Positions 50,888 to 64,000 of a DNA stretch of 64,000 nt are shown here, one piece after another. Under the pieces are notes generated by a model. The model was not told where the DNA came from. It did no database searches and saw only the letters and a program-made list of their open reading frames with translations. Source of the stretch: Mytilus trossulus (taxonomy: Eukaryota); assembly GCF_036588685.1 (NCBI RefSeq), contig NC_086377.1, forward strand, positions 17,794,001 to 17,858,000, given 5' to 3'. Each line of letters begins with the position of its first letter. Within the stretch, counting starts at the first letter, position 1. Both the position numbers and the translations under genes were made by a program.

Positions 50888-53800
50888 CTAAAACACCACA
50901 ATAAATTATAAACACTGTCAAACATTCAAACATATTATCCACATTGATCTGTGTCCACACTTGTTATAATAACAAAGAGTGTTGACATATCATCATTGTT
51001 GACAAAATATTTAAAGTAATCTGAATTTAATGTCACGTAATTGTTCTAATAGGTCATAGAGACTAAAATAATCTGAATTTAATGTCATGTAATTGTTCTA
51101 ATAGGTCATAGAGACTAAAATAATAAATTATATTGCAGTAAAATATTTCTTATCACTGTCGGACTCACCACTGCCAAAATGGTTGAGTCCCTGGACACGC
51201 CTTCAAAATTCTTAGTGAGAACCCCGAGTTTGTATGTTACTATTATTACTATAATAGATTATTTTTTTTGATTTACAATTCATTCATTTTTTACTAATTA
51301 CAAGTCAACTTTACAAGGCAAGAGATCACTATGGAGTGTGGAAACAAAATTCAGCTAGAACTCCACATGCACTTGTTTCTATCCATGGGAAGACCCACGT
51401 TGATACTGGGTCTTCCCATCGATGATATAAACAAGTGCCTGTGTAGGACTTATCTGTGTTTGTAAAAATGTTATATTGAAATAATTATGATGTCTTGAAA
51501 GGCTGTTTCATTATTTTTCTGCAACGCATTTCTACCAAGGCCTCAAAGCAAAAAAAATAAGATAGCCAGTCCTTATTACTTAGACAAATATGGGTACAAA
51601 GTCCCCTATTACCATGATAACAGAAGAAAAGTCAATCAAAAAATCAATCCGGAAAATGAACTCAAAATCGTTCAAATTTTTTTGTTGTCGCTTTTTTTAT
51701 TCCTGCATTTGCACAGAAAGCAGAAATCTACTGCCTTTTTCCAAGTATCTAAGTTACAAAAAATTAATTCATACAGACTTCGTCCCCATTTACAGGTAAT
51801 GCCTGCCTCATATTAGTCATGACAGTGTGTTTTTTCAGTTACCATGGATACTGGTTATTTTTTTATTTATTTAAATTGTCAGTAAAATGTATAAATAATT
51901 GATGACCTGTGTAATATGAGATTCAAATAGTTTGACTATATTTTTTTTATTTTGCAAATTTAAGTGCTGTTAGTTTAATTTTTTACAATCATGACAATTA
52001 TACATATTATATATATATATACCGATTTACGTCTGCCTAATGCCTTGGTTCTCTTTCACTTTGACTTTTAGTTTCAGCAGTTCAGTATTCATGAATAACG
52101 ACATGACATTGACAAACACCGAAAAAAAAAGAAGGAAACGACTTTTTCTAAAAAAAATTTGCTCATTTACCATATAGTTAAAATATATTGCCTTATACAT
52201 ATCCTACATGTTATGATTTTTCATGCCATTTTCTTATTTTGCTCGAAAAGCAACACAGCCGTTTACAACAATGAAAATAAAATAACAAACCGGGTAAGAC
52301 ACACTCGCCCCAAATTTCTACTGACTCGCCCCCATTTTCTATCAAGTAAAGTAAGTTAGTAAAGTAAAATTGTATTTTGATCTTTCATTTTTCCAGTACA
52401 TGGTTAGTAATTCCAGTCTTAAAAAAGTGTTTTTTTGGTGAACATTAGCATTTTTGAGATGTCACATGCAGTCTGCACGGAGATACCAAATATATTTATA
52501 ACTTTGTCTGTGTTTATAAGCATGTTTAGTTTTCCTATTGCTTCAACAATTTCAGTTTCTGATAGTGGTCCTTTGATTCATGTTTTCATATATAAGGTCA
52601 ATGGCGTTAGTTCTGCCAGTACTTCATTCTATAAATGAGACAATATCTGAAAAGATCTTATTTCCATGTTTCATCTTTCACCAGTAATTTTTTTTAATTC
52701 GGGCATCTTTTTGGAAAATTTTAAGTTTCAGTATTAACTAGAGTTTATAATGCACCAACTCTTGCCAATAAAACACTCTTTCTAATATTTCTGTTAATAA
52801 AATATTACAATTTAAATCAAGCATGTCAAGGTCCAACCCTCAAACACTCTTGTTGTGCGGTGTTGTTTTCTTAAAACTGAACCCAGCATTCAAAGGATAT
52901 CAAGCTTCCAATTTTCACCAAAATGACATATTATATAGAAAACGTGTTCCTTACTGGTCTGATTTTGTTATAAGTAATTAGCATGTGATAAAATTTTGCA
53001 TTTTTACGGGTCCTTTAAATTTTGTCCCAAGGGGTAATTAATTTCCCTCCTGTTACCACTCGTGTTTTTGTCACCTGTGGACCCGTTTGAAAGTTTTTTT
53101 TTTTCTTGATTGGATTTACAGGTAAGTTACAGGTAAATTCATACTTTTACATTGGCTGAGCACAGAGTATAAAGACTGGTCTTAGGTCCAAGACCACAAT
53201 TATTTCGAAGTGCATTTCTTTTAGATGAAAATTAAAAAAAATCCCACCTGCGCTTTCTCAAAGAAATTTTTACAGTGTGCTGTACTACTTTTTGGACAAA
53301 TCATATCAAAATTATAGAAAACTTCATCGGCTCTAACTCAAAATATGGACAATCTTATGTCTTGAAATCTTTTGACAGCTTCCGAAGCGTTAATTTTTAA
53401 CCCTTTTCAGCTGGACCAAATTACTACTTTCCTTAAAAAAATCTGGACCCAATATTTTTTACAATGTAATTTCAGCCCCCCCCCCCCCCCCCCCCTATAC
53501 TTGCAATTTGAGGCATTGAACATGGAGAATCTATACTTTACATACAATATGTAATGTGTTAAAAGTTGTTGTTGAGATTCCAAGTCTGTATTTTGTCTCT
53601 GTTCATTCGTTGACGAAAAACAAAATACTACCAGCAACCAACAACAGCATTTAAAGTAAAAATAAAACAGTCAAGAACAAATAACGAATGAAATCAACAG
53701 TAACTTAATTTAGACACAATGTCAAAAATCAAAGACATGCTAAATATCAGGTACTAACAATAACCAACAGAAACATAGAGCAATCACTGCTTTATTTGTA

Positions 53801-54395
53801 CTGGACATGTGGTAAAACAAAACAATACTCACTTATATGTTAAGGAACATATGTATACTATCGTATTGTATTTTAGGGTGTATCAGGGCCTTAAATGCCG
53901 ACCGGCATGAAGAGGATAGGTGAGGTGAGGTATTTTAGGGTAAAAACCCTTACCAGCTGGCAGCAGAAAATAACATACAAGATTCTACAGAAAATAGACA
54001 AGAAATAGATGAAATAATGGACTATCTCAAGGTACATGTTCTGCTTTATTAAATGGTTGATAACGATCACAAAAGTATACAGAACATATCAATCATTAAA
54101 CAAAACAAACATGGAACAGAGAGCAATGCTATTTTTCGTTATGTGATTTTGTAGTATTGTCTTATTAAACGGCAGATGACGACCACAAACGTGTCCACAA
54201 GTATATAGAATATGTTAGCTGTCATTAATTTAAAGAAAACGAACTCCAAACATATCAACGTGATGTTGTTTGTCATGTGACTTTGTAGTATTGTAATCAA
54301 TTAATTTGATATCAAAATCTCAAGCAGGACGATGTGCATAAATTGACAAAATCATCAATATATCTCGATGTATAAAACATTGTTAGACAACTAAA

Positions 54396-57300
54396 CACTG
54401 TGTATCATCGCCACCGGAAATTGGGTACTAACGAAGCGGAGAGAAATAGCAAAAAAAGTAAACAAGTTAAGAATTCATTCAATTTAGAACATTTCCACTC
54501 ATTTGATGAGGCTGCCGCTTAAGAAATGATTTTCTCATATATAATTCTTTAAATTATTAGGGTTATAAGTACAAAATTAATACAGGATATTGTGTAATAC
54601 TCCAAAACTTGTCACTTAGTACCGGAAAATTTTGAGGTCGAACGTCCTCTGTTGTCCCATTCTCAAGATATTGAACTGTTTTTGATTATTTTTCCAGACA
54701 CGTTTTTAGAATATTATAGTGTGGCATCAGTTTTACTGAAATTTGTTGTCAAAAAGATGTATTTTAAAGAATATAGACCATAAAAAATAAAGTCTAGGGT
54801 AAGACAACTTGCTCGTGTTGACAAATTTACTGTATGGCAACTTGTTTTCAACTGTATGGCAACTTGCTAATTCAAGAATATTTATTTACCGTCCTTTCAA
54901 AGAAAATAAAGTATGAAGTTTAATTATCTAAAAGGGGGGTACCTTTTTATGTTACACTGTTTTGTACTTTTCAAGGTTTTGTTAAAAATGTTATTTGAGA
55001 TAAATTAAAACTGTTAACTGTTTTCGAGACACTGCCTGTAATCTGTTTTGTTAAAATTTGCAATGTTGTTAACTGTTTATTTGAAATCGGGATTCATTTC
55101 ATCTGTTACTTTTAACACTGTTTTGACATCATTTTCTCTGTTAACTGATGTTCACTTTTATTTACAAGAATCTCATTAAAACTATCTGTCCATCTCTTTC
55201 TTTACGTTGCTTCCGCAAAGGAGTGACATGAACAGCATATACATGTACAATGTATGTAATTATAAAATTGTCTTTAAAAATCTTTGAGTATAGTAACTCC
55301 TTGATAAAATTGAGAATGGAAATGAGGAAAAAGTCTAAGAGACAGAAGCCATACCAAATAGCAGAAAACAACCAAACGCAGCAAGAAAATTGTGCACTAG
55401 GGTGGGTGGCAATACACAGATAGGAAAAAACTTTAAATTGACACTCTTTTCCTTTCTTTCTAACAAATAAGGCTTAATATTTGAGTTGTGCATATGTATA
55501 TTTATGGAAAGAGAATCGTCCATAGATTTGATTTCCAATAGTTATAATGGTGAACCATAATCTCTCTTATTTGTGCAACCATGGCAACAAATCAGCATTT
55601 ATTTGATACCAAATATTGCTAAATAGGGGGTTGAACATGTCACAAGGTCTAAAAAAAAATTGACCCAAAGGAAAATTTCAATCAATAAGAGTGATACCTT
55701 TCCTGAGACCATAGACATATATCTGTCAAGAGGTAATAAAACCGTATGCATTTCTGCTGGTTTTTCCATAAAATTGAATTGAAAAGATCGAGCGTCAAAT
55801 CTTTGTTGAAAACAATACAAAATTTCGAAATCTATTGTAATATGGATGGGTAAATATATAGACGGTCAAACTGAAAAATGGCTTATAAAACATGCTAAAA
55901 ACAATCTAAATGTTTAAATAAACCCACTAGGACGGCTATATTATTCTTCAATTATCTAAAAACAAATTCAATTGTTAGAAAATTCACCATGACCAAATTG
56001 CAAAACTAAACTTGTAACTGTGTAGTGGTATTCGGATTTCTAATTTATACAGTCGTTTTGATTATTTGAAATAAAAATAAGTAAACTTTCGTTATTCCTT
56101 TTAATAAAATCATCTAAGCAATGAGTCGTATGAATACCCTGAGATATAACCATAACTTATGAGAGCCCCCGCCATAAAAATTAATGTTCGTGCCATACAG
56201 TATTCACTCATTCTTTTTGTTTTTTACACTTTCCTATGTCATGACGATAACTCAAGTTTGCTACGACTGATTGAAATAAAACATTTACTCAACAATACAC
56301 ATAACCAGAAGAAGCCTCCCTTTTGCAGTTTGAAGCATTTTCGATTATTCATGACATAATAGTCATTTTTCTTGGAGTCAATCATTCCGTCTGCTTGTCC
56401 ATCCGTTCTTGAAATTGTCTGTCCATGTGTCAATAAAAAAATATGGTACTTTGTGTATTCTGAAAATTAGTCAGCTTTATAAAAGTTTGCTTATAGAGCT
56501 CGGCATTTCTGCGACTTTGTACAGTGGTTTTCAAACTTTCAAATACATTGAAGATATGTACTTCCCCTTTTTATTGCTGTTGGGTTCGTTTGGAAAAAGT
56601 GTAAATTAAAGTTGCTGTTAAATGTTATCAGCATTTAAAATTTGTTGTTAACTGTTTTTAGCAAAATCGATATGTTGTTAACATATTAACGAACACACTA
56701 TTGCCCCCCCCCCCCCCCCCCAAATCTAATTATGCATTAGATAGAAATACTATTCGCTTGACAGCATTTAAGAGGTATACACATTATGTATTATGAAACC
56801 AGAGACATATAATACAATTGTATTATATGTCTCTGATGAAACTGACAAGAAAATTAATTCGAAATGCAATTCACGAATTATTTCTCCTTACTTTCGATGA
56901 AAATTTAATACAGTATTTTCTTAACTTTTCTTTTTACAAATGAATCATTTCAGAAATTAAATAATTAAACAATGTATTTAACCCAGCACATACTTTATGT
57001 GTCTGTCTGAATTCTCGATCTAGTGGTTCGGTGGTTGTCGTTGGTTGATCTCTATCATATTTGTTGTTTTTCATATAATTGTTTTGTTATGAGTTAGACC
57101 GTTAGTTGTATTGTTGAATCCATTCACATTTTTCGGTCGGTGCTTTTTATAGCCGACTATAAGGTACGAGTTTTCGTTGTTGAAGGCCGTACGATAGCAT
57201 ATATTTGCTTACATACACTTTATTTGATCCTGGTGGATATTTGCTATCATATCTCCACTGTTTGTATCTGAGTAAAACCTAGCACCAACAAAGTATAAAT

Positions 57301-58070
57301 GTGCGGTTTATTTTATTGAACTTACATAATTTCACCCGAACAACAAATAAGACAACAGTCGTTAGTAGTTTAACGATATATGCATGTATTTAGGATGATA
57401 TGGTTGAAAAAGACCTTTTTGTACAAAGTCGAATAGCGGTACGCAACGAAGATTTCTGAACGGAATAACCGACGTATATTTAATAATATTTGATAAGTAA
57501 GTCATTTTAACAAGTATATTTGTAAGCCTGTAAAGCTTTGATATCAACAAAATATCGTCACTTGATATTATCTAAACTTCCTCTTGAAATTATAATATAT
57601 TGCAAGACGCCATACAGACAAAAGTTGTTATTATGCAAGTCGCCGTACAACGTCCTGCAATTCGCCGTACAATAAACAAACAATGTTTTTGTCCAAATTC
57701 TTTAAAATACATTTTTTTGCAACAAATTTCAGTAAAATTGATTGTACACTATAATATTCTAAAAACGTGTCTGGAAAAATAATCAAAAACAGTTCAATAT
57801 CTTGAGAATGGGACGACAGAGGACGATCGACCTCGAAATTTTCCGGTACTAAGTGACAAGTTTTGAAGTATTACACAATATCCTGTATTAATTTTGTACT
57901 TATAACCCTAATAATTTAAAGAATTATATATGAGAAAATCATTTCTTAAGCGGCAGCCTCATCAAATGAGTGGAAATGTTCTAAATTGAATGAATTCTTA
58001 ACTTGTTCACTTTTTTCTATTTCTCTCCGCTTCGTTAGTACCCAATTTCCGGTGGCGATGATACACAGTG
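54396..58070. mobile_element. 3.7-kb non-autonomous DNA transposon with ~390-bp TIRs beginning CACTGTG
   Basis: 54396-~54785 is a high-identity reverse complement of ~57685-58070; subterminal TGTAYGGCRACTTG repeats on both sides; no transposase ORF; TSD unclear. Confidence 0.8.
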
Positions 58071-58485
58071 GACAAGACAACAAAGCAACCTTATAAAGCA
58101 ACATAATGAAAATGAAACTTTAAAGGGCAACAAACAGTCATCAACAATAATCAAATATCTGTACGTATGTCGTATGTCGTATGTACAATGTATGGGTATA
58201 TGTAATGCATTGCTTAATAATATTGGGTTAGATGTCGCATTCACCAAAATCATAAACACAGGAAACTGTTAACACTGAAACGTCAACAGTTTATCTCTCC
58301 AAAAATTATTGTAAGTAACAAATCTAGAAAAAAACACCTTATTTTGTAAATCAACACTTGGTTCGTTTGTCAGGCTCGTCAAATATTCTGTTTGCATTAT
58401 TAATTTTGATGAGGATATCTTTATGATTTGATATCTAAATGAACTCAACCATATTTTTACAGCTTGATAAACTATTATGATACAA

Positions 58486-58695
58486 GAGGCTCCCACAGGG
58501 TACCCCCTAAGGTCGCAAGGTCGCTTTTAAATTCGCCGCAAGGTCGCGAGGTCGTTTTTAAGTGAAATGTTCAGGTCGCAGGTCGTTTTTTCCAAATTTT
58601 ACAGGTCGCAGGTTGTTTTTAGAAGGCCCTTAGGTCGGAAGTCGCCTCTAAAAAGCCCGGAGGTCGCAGGTCGTTTTTTACCCTGCGGGAGCCTC
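58486..58695. mobile_element. MITE with 6-bp TSD (unclassified)
   Basis: ATACAA|GAGGCTCCCACAGGGTA...TACCCTGCGGGAGCCTC|ATACAA; internal AGGTCGC repeats. Confidence 0.8.
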
Positions 58696-59077
58696 ATACA
58701 ATTTTTTTTCTTTCTTCTAGATTTGTTATTTACCATAATTGTAATCACGGCTGTGCAAAGCAAAATTATTATTTATCTGTACCAAAAAAAGAACCTAACG
58801 TTTTCCAGTCTTATTGAAATATATTAGTTACAGTCAATCTTGAACTAAAAGAGGGACGAAAGATACCAAAGGGACAGTCAAACTCATAAATCTAAAACAA
58901 ACTGACAACGCCATGGCTAAAAATGAAAAAAGACAAACAGAAAAACAATAGTACACATGACACAACATAGAAAACTAAAAAATAAACAACACGAACCCCA
59001 CCAAAAACTAGGGGTGATCTCAGGTGCTTCGGAAGGGTAAGCAGATCCTGCTCCTTTGAACTAAAGTAGTCATTGAA

Positions 59078-59290
59078 TAAGTCAAAATATGTCCGATCTG
59101 CCTACTTCTCAAAAGTCAAAATATGTCCGATCTTCCTACTTCTCAAAAGTCAAAATATGTCCGATCTTCCTACTTCTCAAAAGTCAAAATATGTCCGATC
59201 TTCCTACTTCTCAAAAGTCAAAATATGTCCGATCTTCCTACTTCTCAAAAGTCAAAATATATCCGATCTTCTTACTTCTCAAAAATCAAT
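59078..59290. repeat. 34-bp minisatellite, ~6 copies
   Basis: AAGTCAAAATATGTCCGATCTTCCTACTTCTCAA repeated. Confidence 0.92.
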
Positions 59291-60538
59291 ATGATCGTGT
59301 TACGGTCAATTTCGTCTACTTTACAAAATAATAATAGTGTCAGTTTATAGAATAATTAAAAATATTAATGCGACTGGGAAATTCCCGACCTCAAGCGTGT
59401 TGATTCAAGATACAAGAGTGGTGAGACTTTAATAAAATATTGAATCATGAATCAAAAGACTTAATTTGGTCTTTGATAAAGAACGTTAATCCAAACTGAA
59501 TGAGGTCATTTTGTCACACCAATTATCTTGATCATAATTTAATTCAAAACCATTAAACATTTGACAGGTAACGGAAGTCAAATGTCTAAATTATAATTAT
59601 TAAAGAATTGCACCTTTTTTTATAACTATATTGGGTGGTAAAAGCGTTTACAGAAGCACATTTTCCTCGCTTCATTTTAAAAAGGTGCGAACAGTTAATG
59701 CTTACATGTACTTCCCTATTTATATTATAAAAAGAAGCATTTTTATGATAACATTACAAAACTATCATGTATTAAGTTGGCTAGGGCGTCTTACTAAAAA
59801 TTGATACAATATTTTGATAAATTGTCAAAATTTAGTTTTTATAATGCCTTTTTCAAAAAAAAAATATTAAAAAGGATGGATCACGGGACTCTGTTCACGC
59901 TACAAAGTGTGCAAAAGTGTCAGATTTTGTATAGATTATGCATGGAAAATCAAATTTTGTGTGAAAAAAACGTACTATAAGAACTTTAAGATACAATGTG
60001 AGAAGGTTGCTCTTATAACATGCTTTCAGATAAGGAGTTAGATGTCAAAATATGTAAATTCATAACACTTTCTATTATCATTACTTTATTTCAATTATCT
60101 CCCCTTATTTGACAAAGTGAGGAATATCTGATCAAACACAAACAAGGTGTTTTACAACCGTAATAATGATAAACACACATTTTTCTATATTTATATCAAA
60201 AGTCTTTTACATAAATTACATACAACTTTAAAAATTTGCACATTTCATCAAATATTTAGACCGAAGTTATCTGCTTTTTTCAAAATCCAAAATGGGGTAA
60301 GACACTCGAGCCGCCTTAGGAGTTACATCATATTTTTCTATGTGTTGTCTCAGTAAATGTAATGCAATCAAGCTGTTGTATTGTAAGGTACATGTCTCAA
60401 CTGTTTTTAATTTGACAACAATTATGTCGATTACATTTTTTCGTTAAATAATTTAGAATTTTCTAAATATACTGCCGATATCAACCAAAAGGAACTTACT
60501 GTGAATAAATCAAATGTAAACGCTAATAACTGTCCTTT

Positions 60539-60585
<47 letters not shown>

Positions 60586-60699
60586 TCATATTTTATTGAA
60601 ATCTGTTCATTTGTTAGTTTTCAAACATCAAGTACCGGTAACTGTCGTTTTCTAGATAAAGTTTTACAGGGTGGTCGCCACAGTAAAATTTGCTACAAA

Positions 60700-61505
60700 A
60701 GGGTCGATTTACCACTTATTGGATGGTGATGTTTCTTTGATACAATCTTACAGACTGTTTTCATTTCACAACTCGTTCGCTATGCCCGTGCCTGTTGTAA
60801 TGCTTTAGGTTGTCACAAGTCAACCATGTGGGATTTCGTTACCACAAATTACTTGAAACTTTTACTAAATTATTACATAAAGTTTTGGTGTTGACGTTCG
60901 GTTTTACATGTAGATTTTTTTTCAAACGGGGATATTGTAATTATCCGTACCAGAAAATTGATTCTTTAAATAAACCTTTTATAAAATGTTACCATTCACC
61001 AGTTATTTCACGATATTCTGACCCGTGCTTGTATTGTCTATCATGATTTTCTTGACAGAGGGTTCACAAGGAAGCTATTTAAAAACAAAGAGTTTAATCA
61101 CAGGTGATTTTGAAATCATCCCTCCGTAGATTAAACGAAAGCCATCACGATTTGGTTGACCGTTATGGAATAATCGTTTGATAGATGATATCGGATATTT
61201 TCTTAACGCCGTAACTACAATCATTTTGCCTTTCATGAATGAGACCTACCAAATCAGACTATTTGTCGGATTTTTTTTATATAAAATGCTTGCGCAACAT
61301 TACTTGTGTCACATGTGGAGCAGGATCTGCTTACCCTTTCGGAGCTTCTTTGGTGGGAATTGTGTTGATTATTCTTTATTTTTCTATGTTGTGTCATGTG
61401 TACTGTTATTTGTCTGTTTGTCTTTTTCAATTTTAGCCATGAAGTTGTCAGTTTATTTTCGATTTAAGAGTTTGACTGTCCATCTAGTATCGTTTGTCCC
61501 TCTTT
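60700..61505 (+). mobile_element. Degenerate PLE RT fragments (two families) plus R3 3' end
   Basis: Remnant translations ISQLVRYARAC, GFRYHKLLETFTK and HHDLVDRYG; followed by the R3 terminal module. Confidence 0.6.
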
Positions 61506-62839
61506 TGTTATATACATATTCACTTTCATGAGCCGACTCCTGTATCTTGGCCATGCACAAGGTCACGTGTTTTTCTGACTGTTTCGGACGTCATTATTCT
61601 AAATTCATTGGATTTTGAATGTGTGCAGATTGTTAGTTCATGAGTACCTGGTCACGTCCGCGTATTTTTTTGTTATAGTACAACTATTTGTAACCATCTT
61701 ATGCTGAACTGTAACACCCCTGTCCCAGGTTAGGGTGCGGGTTCAGATCCCTTTAACATCTTCAACACCACCACATTCTGGTTGACATTTGTTGCTGATA
61801 CATATTTTTTTTCGTTCATTTCTTGGTCGTTATTTTTTTTTAAAATATTTTTTCCATATAAATATTTATCATTTGTGAATTTTTTATGTAGCTGGTAATG
61901 CCGTATGGGCTTTTCTTATTTAAGAAGGCCGTACGTTGATCTATAGCTGTTGTCAATTTCTTTGTCATTTGGTCTCTTTTGAAGACTTGTCGGATTTGCA
62001 ATGATACCTCATCTTCCATTTGAATATAGGTATAAGATTAAAAAAGTAGTCGCTTAGCTTAGACCATTGAAGGTATGAGTAAAACACTCTTTGTTTTATT
62101 ACATTTCTGTTAATGATACGTACTGTTTCTGTTATTGAACCTTTTTTGAATGTAACCAATTTTAATATATTGCATGTGTCGGGTATTTTGCATACTAAAC
62201 AGTATTTTGCTTATTTCCATATCCAAAATTTAGATTTCTCAGCCTGCGGCCATTTAAAAAAATACATACCGAAGGCAGAAATCGCCCGGTTTTATTATTC
62301 GGAAACAAAATATAACTGATTGGTTTTACAATAATTTTTACTTAAAGTAAATACTCAAATACATGCACTGGTGTGTCATAAGCTCTCCTCTGTATCTACC
62401 TTTACCAGGAACGTCCCCTCCTCCATATTTTAGAACTATTAGCACTTACCTCTTAACTGATGGTTACTGTATAGAATGCTCTTAAAGGAGTAAAAAATGC
62501 ATGTTGATCATTTTTAAGCTATGTACTAAAACGAGTATCGAACATTTTTGCTACGCCTTTACTTCAAAAATCACGAATTCTAGTTCCGAGCATCATATCA
62601 TTTAACAGCGCATTGTTACTCTATATTATTCATCATTTAAGTGAAATTTAAAATTTTAATATGTAACTAGCTTTATTGACAAATATAAATAATGTGAAAA
62701 ATGCACTTTTGAAAAATTTTAAGACTTTGAAAGTGTATATAAATAAACTCCTCACCTACATTTGTATGTGAAAAATTATCATATACATATATGCAATATT
62801 TATAAAGACTAAATCGTCACGGTGGCTCTTTCCACAGGT

Positions 62840-62997
62840 ATTAACAACATGTGTGCACTATAATAAATAGAGGGTACTTGTAGCCTTTTTGTCGTTGGAA
62901 TGCCATCCATTTGTCCATTAACAACATGTGTGCACTATAATAAATAGAGGGTACTTGTAGCCTTTTTGTCGTTGGAATGCCATCCATTTGTCCATTA
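62840..62997. repeat. 77-bp exact tandem duplication downstream of the orphan gene
   Basis: TTAACAACATGTGTGCACTA...CATTTGTCCA starts at 62841 and at 62918. Confidence 0.9.
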
Positions 62998-63378
62998 AAT
63001 GCTAAAAGAAAGATAGTTTTTCAAATTTGGAGAGCGTTAAATAAATCTGACAATATCACATTGATATGAAAAATAAAGGAATGCGTCATAAGAATAGTAT
63101 ATGATTTATTGATATAACAATGATGCGGAGAATAAAACAAGTTTTAAAGTTGTTTGCAATATTACTAATTCCAGTTATACGAACTTAGTAAATTATATAA
63201 ACACCTATAAGGACACTATTTCAAATCCATATAATTGCACTTGTACTTCATCATATTCATAAAATTAAATTTTATCATATTCCTTTAAGTAAACTATTTC
63301 AAATCCTTTAAAGTATACATCAAGATAGAACTAGAATCATCCTTTGAATTTTCATTGATGATAGTCTTTATATTTATT

Positions 63379-63918
63379 CTACAGAATACTACAACACTCG
63401 CACTCGCTATCGCTGTCCGAATCTGGGTATTGTATTGCGGGACGTTGTGGACGGTTTGGTTGCTGCATTCTATCAATCATTTGTCTTAATGGTTCGATAT
63501 AATTTTTTTCTATCCAAGACATCTTATAACACATAAATTCCTTGATGGCTACCTGAACGTTCCCAACCATAACTGATCGTGCAGCTACAATTCTAGTGCG
63601 GTTTGTCTCAATTTTAAAGAATCCATTCCCGAAATTGCCACATGCCTCTTCGTCATGGAAAATACATACATCGGTTAACGTTACAGGATCTAGCATAGTA
63701 CACAATAAGATCATTGCAGCTGTCTCCTCGTTAGTCAGTGAATTGTAATTTTCGAAATCGGTCAATCTTTTAATATTATGTTCGGTTCGGTCCAGCTGTA
63801 AAACTGTACACATGCTTTGTAAATAGTACATTAGTTTGGCTTTCGGGTTATTGGGAACTGTGCATACTGAGTCTTCTTGTTTAACTTTCAGGCCAATATG
63901 ATCTAGAGCTACTGCCAT
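63379..63918 (-). CDS. Intronless uncharacterised protein, 179 aa, with C-terminal CaaX (CSIL)
   Basis: Open frame with good start context (ataATGG); TATA-like TTATATA ~55 nt upstream; globular-looking N-terminal ~145 aa, Q/P/R linker, acidic DSDSDSECECCSIL end. Confidence 0.75.
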   Translation of the reverse strand: MAVALDHIGLKVKQEDSVCTVPNNPKAKLMYYLQSMCTVLQLDRTEHNIKRLTDFENYNSLTNEETAAMILLCTMLDPVTLTDVCIFHDEEACGNFGNGFFKIETNRTRIVAARSVMVGNVQVAIKEFMCYKMSWIEKNYIEPLRQMIDRMQQPNRPQRPAIQYPDSDSDSECECCSIL

Positions 63919-64000
63919 TATCGTACCTTTGCAGTTCGACAGTGTTTGTTTGATATGAAATTATGATTCGTATATAAGCTGACTAAATGAATCGTATTAT

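Noticed and set aside
52400-52760. Possible decayed hAT transposase fragment on the minus strand
   Set aside because: Too degenerate to assign by eye.
53826-53832. GTGAGTA donor as a candidate upstream exon of the ZF gene
   Set aside because: No supporting acceptor, frame or promoter evidence; needs transcripts.
61580-61640. Second SECIS-like hairpin (also ~61235-61290)
   Set aside because: Quartet sequences are degenerate; cannot be supported without a family consensus.

Overview
AT-rich, intron- and repeat-rich animal genomic DNA; gene and repeat content suggest a bivalve mollusc, probably a mytilid mussel (inference). Host genes are all on the minus strand: two intact tandem HSPA12-like atypical Hsp70 genes (576 and 580 aa, identical exon phases), the promoter/first non-coding exon of a third paralog whose coding exons lie left of the window, a 12-finger C2H2 zinc-finger gene with satellite-filled introns, and an intronless 179-aa orphan ending in a CaaX box. 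Mobile DNA includes a near full-length decayed RTE-X-like LINE, truncated LINEs, many 3' ends of Naiad-type Penelope-like elements (PLEs), a tRNA-derived SINE and many MITEs. Top leads: (1) the PLE 3' UTRs carry a SECIS element followed by a circularly permuted (type-P5) twister-ribozyme-like fold. Its pseudoknot covaries across families, and its P1 is replaced by two palindromes, suggesting a dimeric ribozyme. (2) The LINE ORF2 has no AUG before its endonuclease motif and is reachable by a -1 frameshift at an HIV-type U UUU UUA heptamer; its 5' and 3' UTRs are mutually complementary. (3) About 17 tandem copies of an AG|GT splice acceptor precede the last ZF exon. All calls were made by eye; no searches or folding programs were run.
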